Shown here piece after piece: positions 63,150-64,000 of a DNA stretch of 64,000 nt (within the stretch, counting starts at the first letter, position 1; each line of letters begins with the position of its first letter). The stretch covers positions 1 to 64,000 of the IMG/VR virus record IMGVR_UViG_3300031576_000002; one strand, written 5' to 3'. The notes below the pieces were generated by a model. That model was not told the origin of the DNA. It saw only the letters and a program-made list of their open reading frames with translations, and ran no database searches. The position numbers and the translations under genes were made by a program.

Positions 63150-63983
63150 TTACTTCAGCAGGTTGAGCACTTCCTGTAGCATGTCCGCCGTCTCCATCGG
63201 AGACCGCTCTTCGTCGCAGCTTTGCGCCAGTTCGTTCAAGCGCTGCTCTGTCTTGGACTTGTCCCGGTGGAACTCCCGGGGGTAGACAAAGATGAGAACG
63301 GATTCTCCAGGAGAAGGAACCTGAGTTTGTGTCACTGTATACTCCCCAAAAACTTCCCCAAACGGGCCAAAACTTATAATAATTGGTATTGTAGCTACTA
63401 TCGTAGTTCCTGATTCTGTGTTTGTGAGGAACGTAGATAGCGGACGATCTGCAACAGTTGGGTCGCCAGGAGCCGTTCCCGCCATGAACTTGTTCTGGCT
63501 GATGGTAAAGCCGTTCAAACTCTCCGATTCAATGACAAAAAAGTAGTAAAGGTGGTGGGTATCAATGAAAAATGGAAGGCGCTGCGATCTCATGAACTCT
63601 ACTACATTTGAGACCGGATGCCCGATCGAGCCTCCCCCGTTAATTATAATCTCGTTAGAGAGGTGCGCGAGAAGTTCATCGGGTAGCAGAACCTCGGGAT
63701 TCGTCCTCAAGTCGATCGGTGTCACAGCCTGGTATGGATAGGTCTTGCTGTCTGGTGCTTCCGGATCTCGGGTAAAAGGCCGCAAGACCCGAAGCTCTTG
63801 CAGGTACAGAAGCAGTTCTCGATTAGGCACAAGAAGAAGCCAGACTGGAAAATCTTCTTCTAGTACCTCATTCTGAATACGCGGAATATCAGTCAGAGGC
63901 ACGGCTTCTGGAAAGCGCCGCTCAAAGATCGCGGTACGCTCTTTCCTGCCGTCAGGAATTGGCTTTTCAGGGTCATACCACAA
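63150..63983 (-). CDS. Hypothetical protein
   Basis: ORF track. Confidence 0.55.
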   Translation of the reverse strand: MWYDPEKPIPDGRKERTAIFERRFPEAVPLTDIPRIQNEVLEEDFPVWLLLVPNRELLLYLQELRVLRPFTRDPEAPDSKTYPYQAVTPIDLRTNPEVLLPDELLAHLSNEIIINGGGSIGHPVSNVVEFMRSQRLPFFIDTHHLYYFFVIESESLNGFTISQNKFMAGTAPGDPTVADRPLSTFLTNTESGTTIVATIPIIISFGPFGEVFGEYTVTQTQVPSPGESVLIFVYPREFHRDKSKTEQRLNELAQSCDEERSPMETADMLQEVLNLLK

Positions 63984-64000
63984 ATAGCGCCCCTGTTGAT

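Noticed and set aside
1-64000. CRISPR array, tRNA or rRNA genes
   Set aside because: No regularly spaced repeat-spacer units or tRNA T-loop/cloverleaf signatures noticed by eye; tRNAscan/CRISPR finders were not run.

Overview
A 64-kb fragment of a large tailed (jumbo-type) bacteriophage genome. Essentially every credible gene is on the minus strand; the long plus-strand ORFs are shadows. Modules in coordinate order: (1-14.2 kb) accessory/early genes, including a TnpB cassette, two nucleotidyltransferases, a GHKL-ATPase/HEXXH protein, a DUF1566 C-type-lectin protein and a UvrD-like helicase. (14.7-20.4 kb) DUF4160-DUF2442 fusion, three glycosyltransferases with an HNH endonuclease, and a tubulin/FtsZ-family GTPase. 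(20.4-43.2 kb) head/packaging region: intein-containing portal, large terminase, WYL protein, second TnpB and many small enzyme-like proteins sharing an N-terminal leader. (43.3-61.6 kb) recombination/replication: SbcCD-like pair, SSB-like protein, intein-containing RecA, UDG-fused family A polymerase, sigma factor, primase Zn finger, DnaB, DnaC-like loader, SF2 helicase, Holliday junction resolvase. (61.6-64 kb) glycosyltransferase and probable structural genes. Most notable sequence-level observations: (i) two distant 111-nt DUF1566 segments with the signature of variable regions of one diversity-generating retroelement whose RT and template are not in the window; (ii) a solo tnpB bounded by 20-bp terminal inverted repeats and a 9-10-bp target duplication, i.e. 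DDE/IS4-like rather than IS200/IS605 ends; (iii) a shared M-x-x-[LI]-Q-x-[AVI]-x-x-L-L leader on unrelated effector-like enzymes; (iv) two distinct repeated promoter/operator motifs and an iteron-like intergenic array. All family calls are from motif recognition by eye, not database searches.
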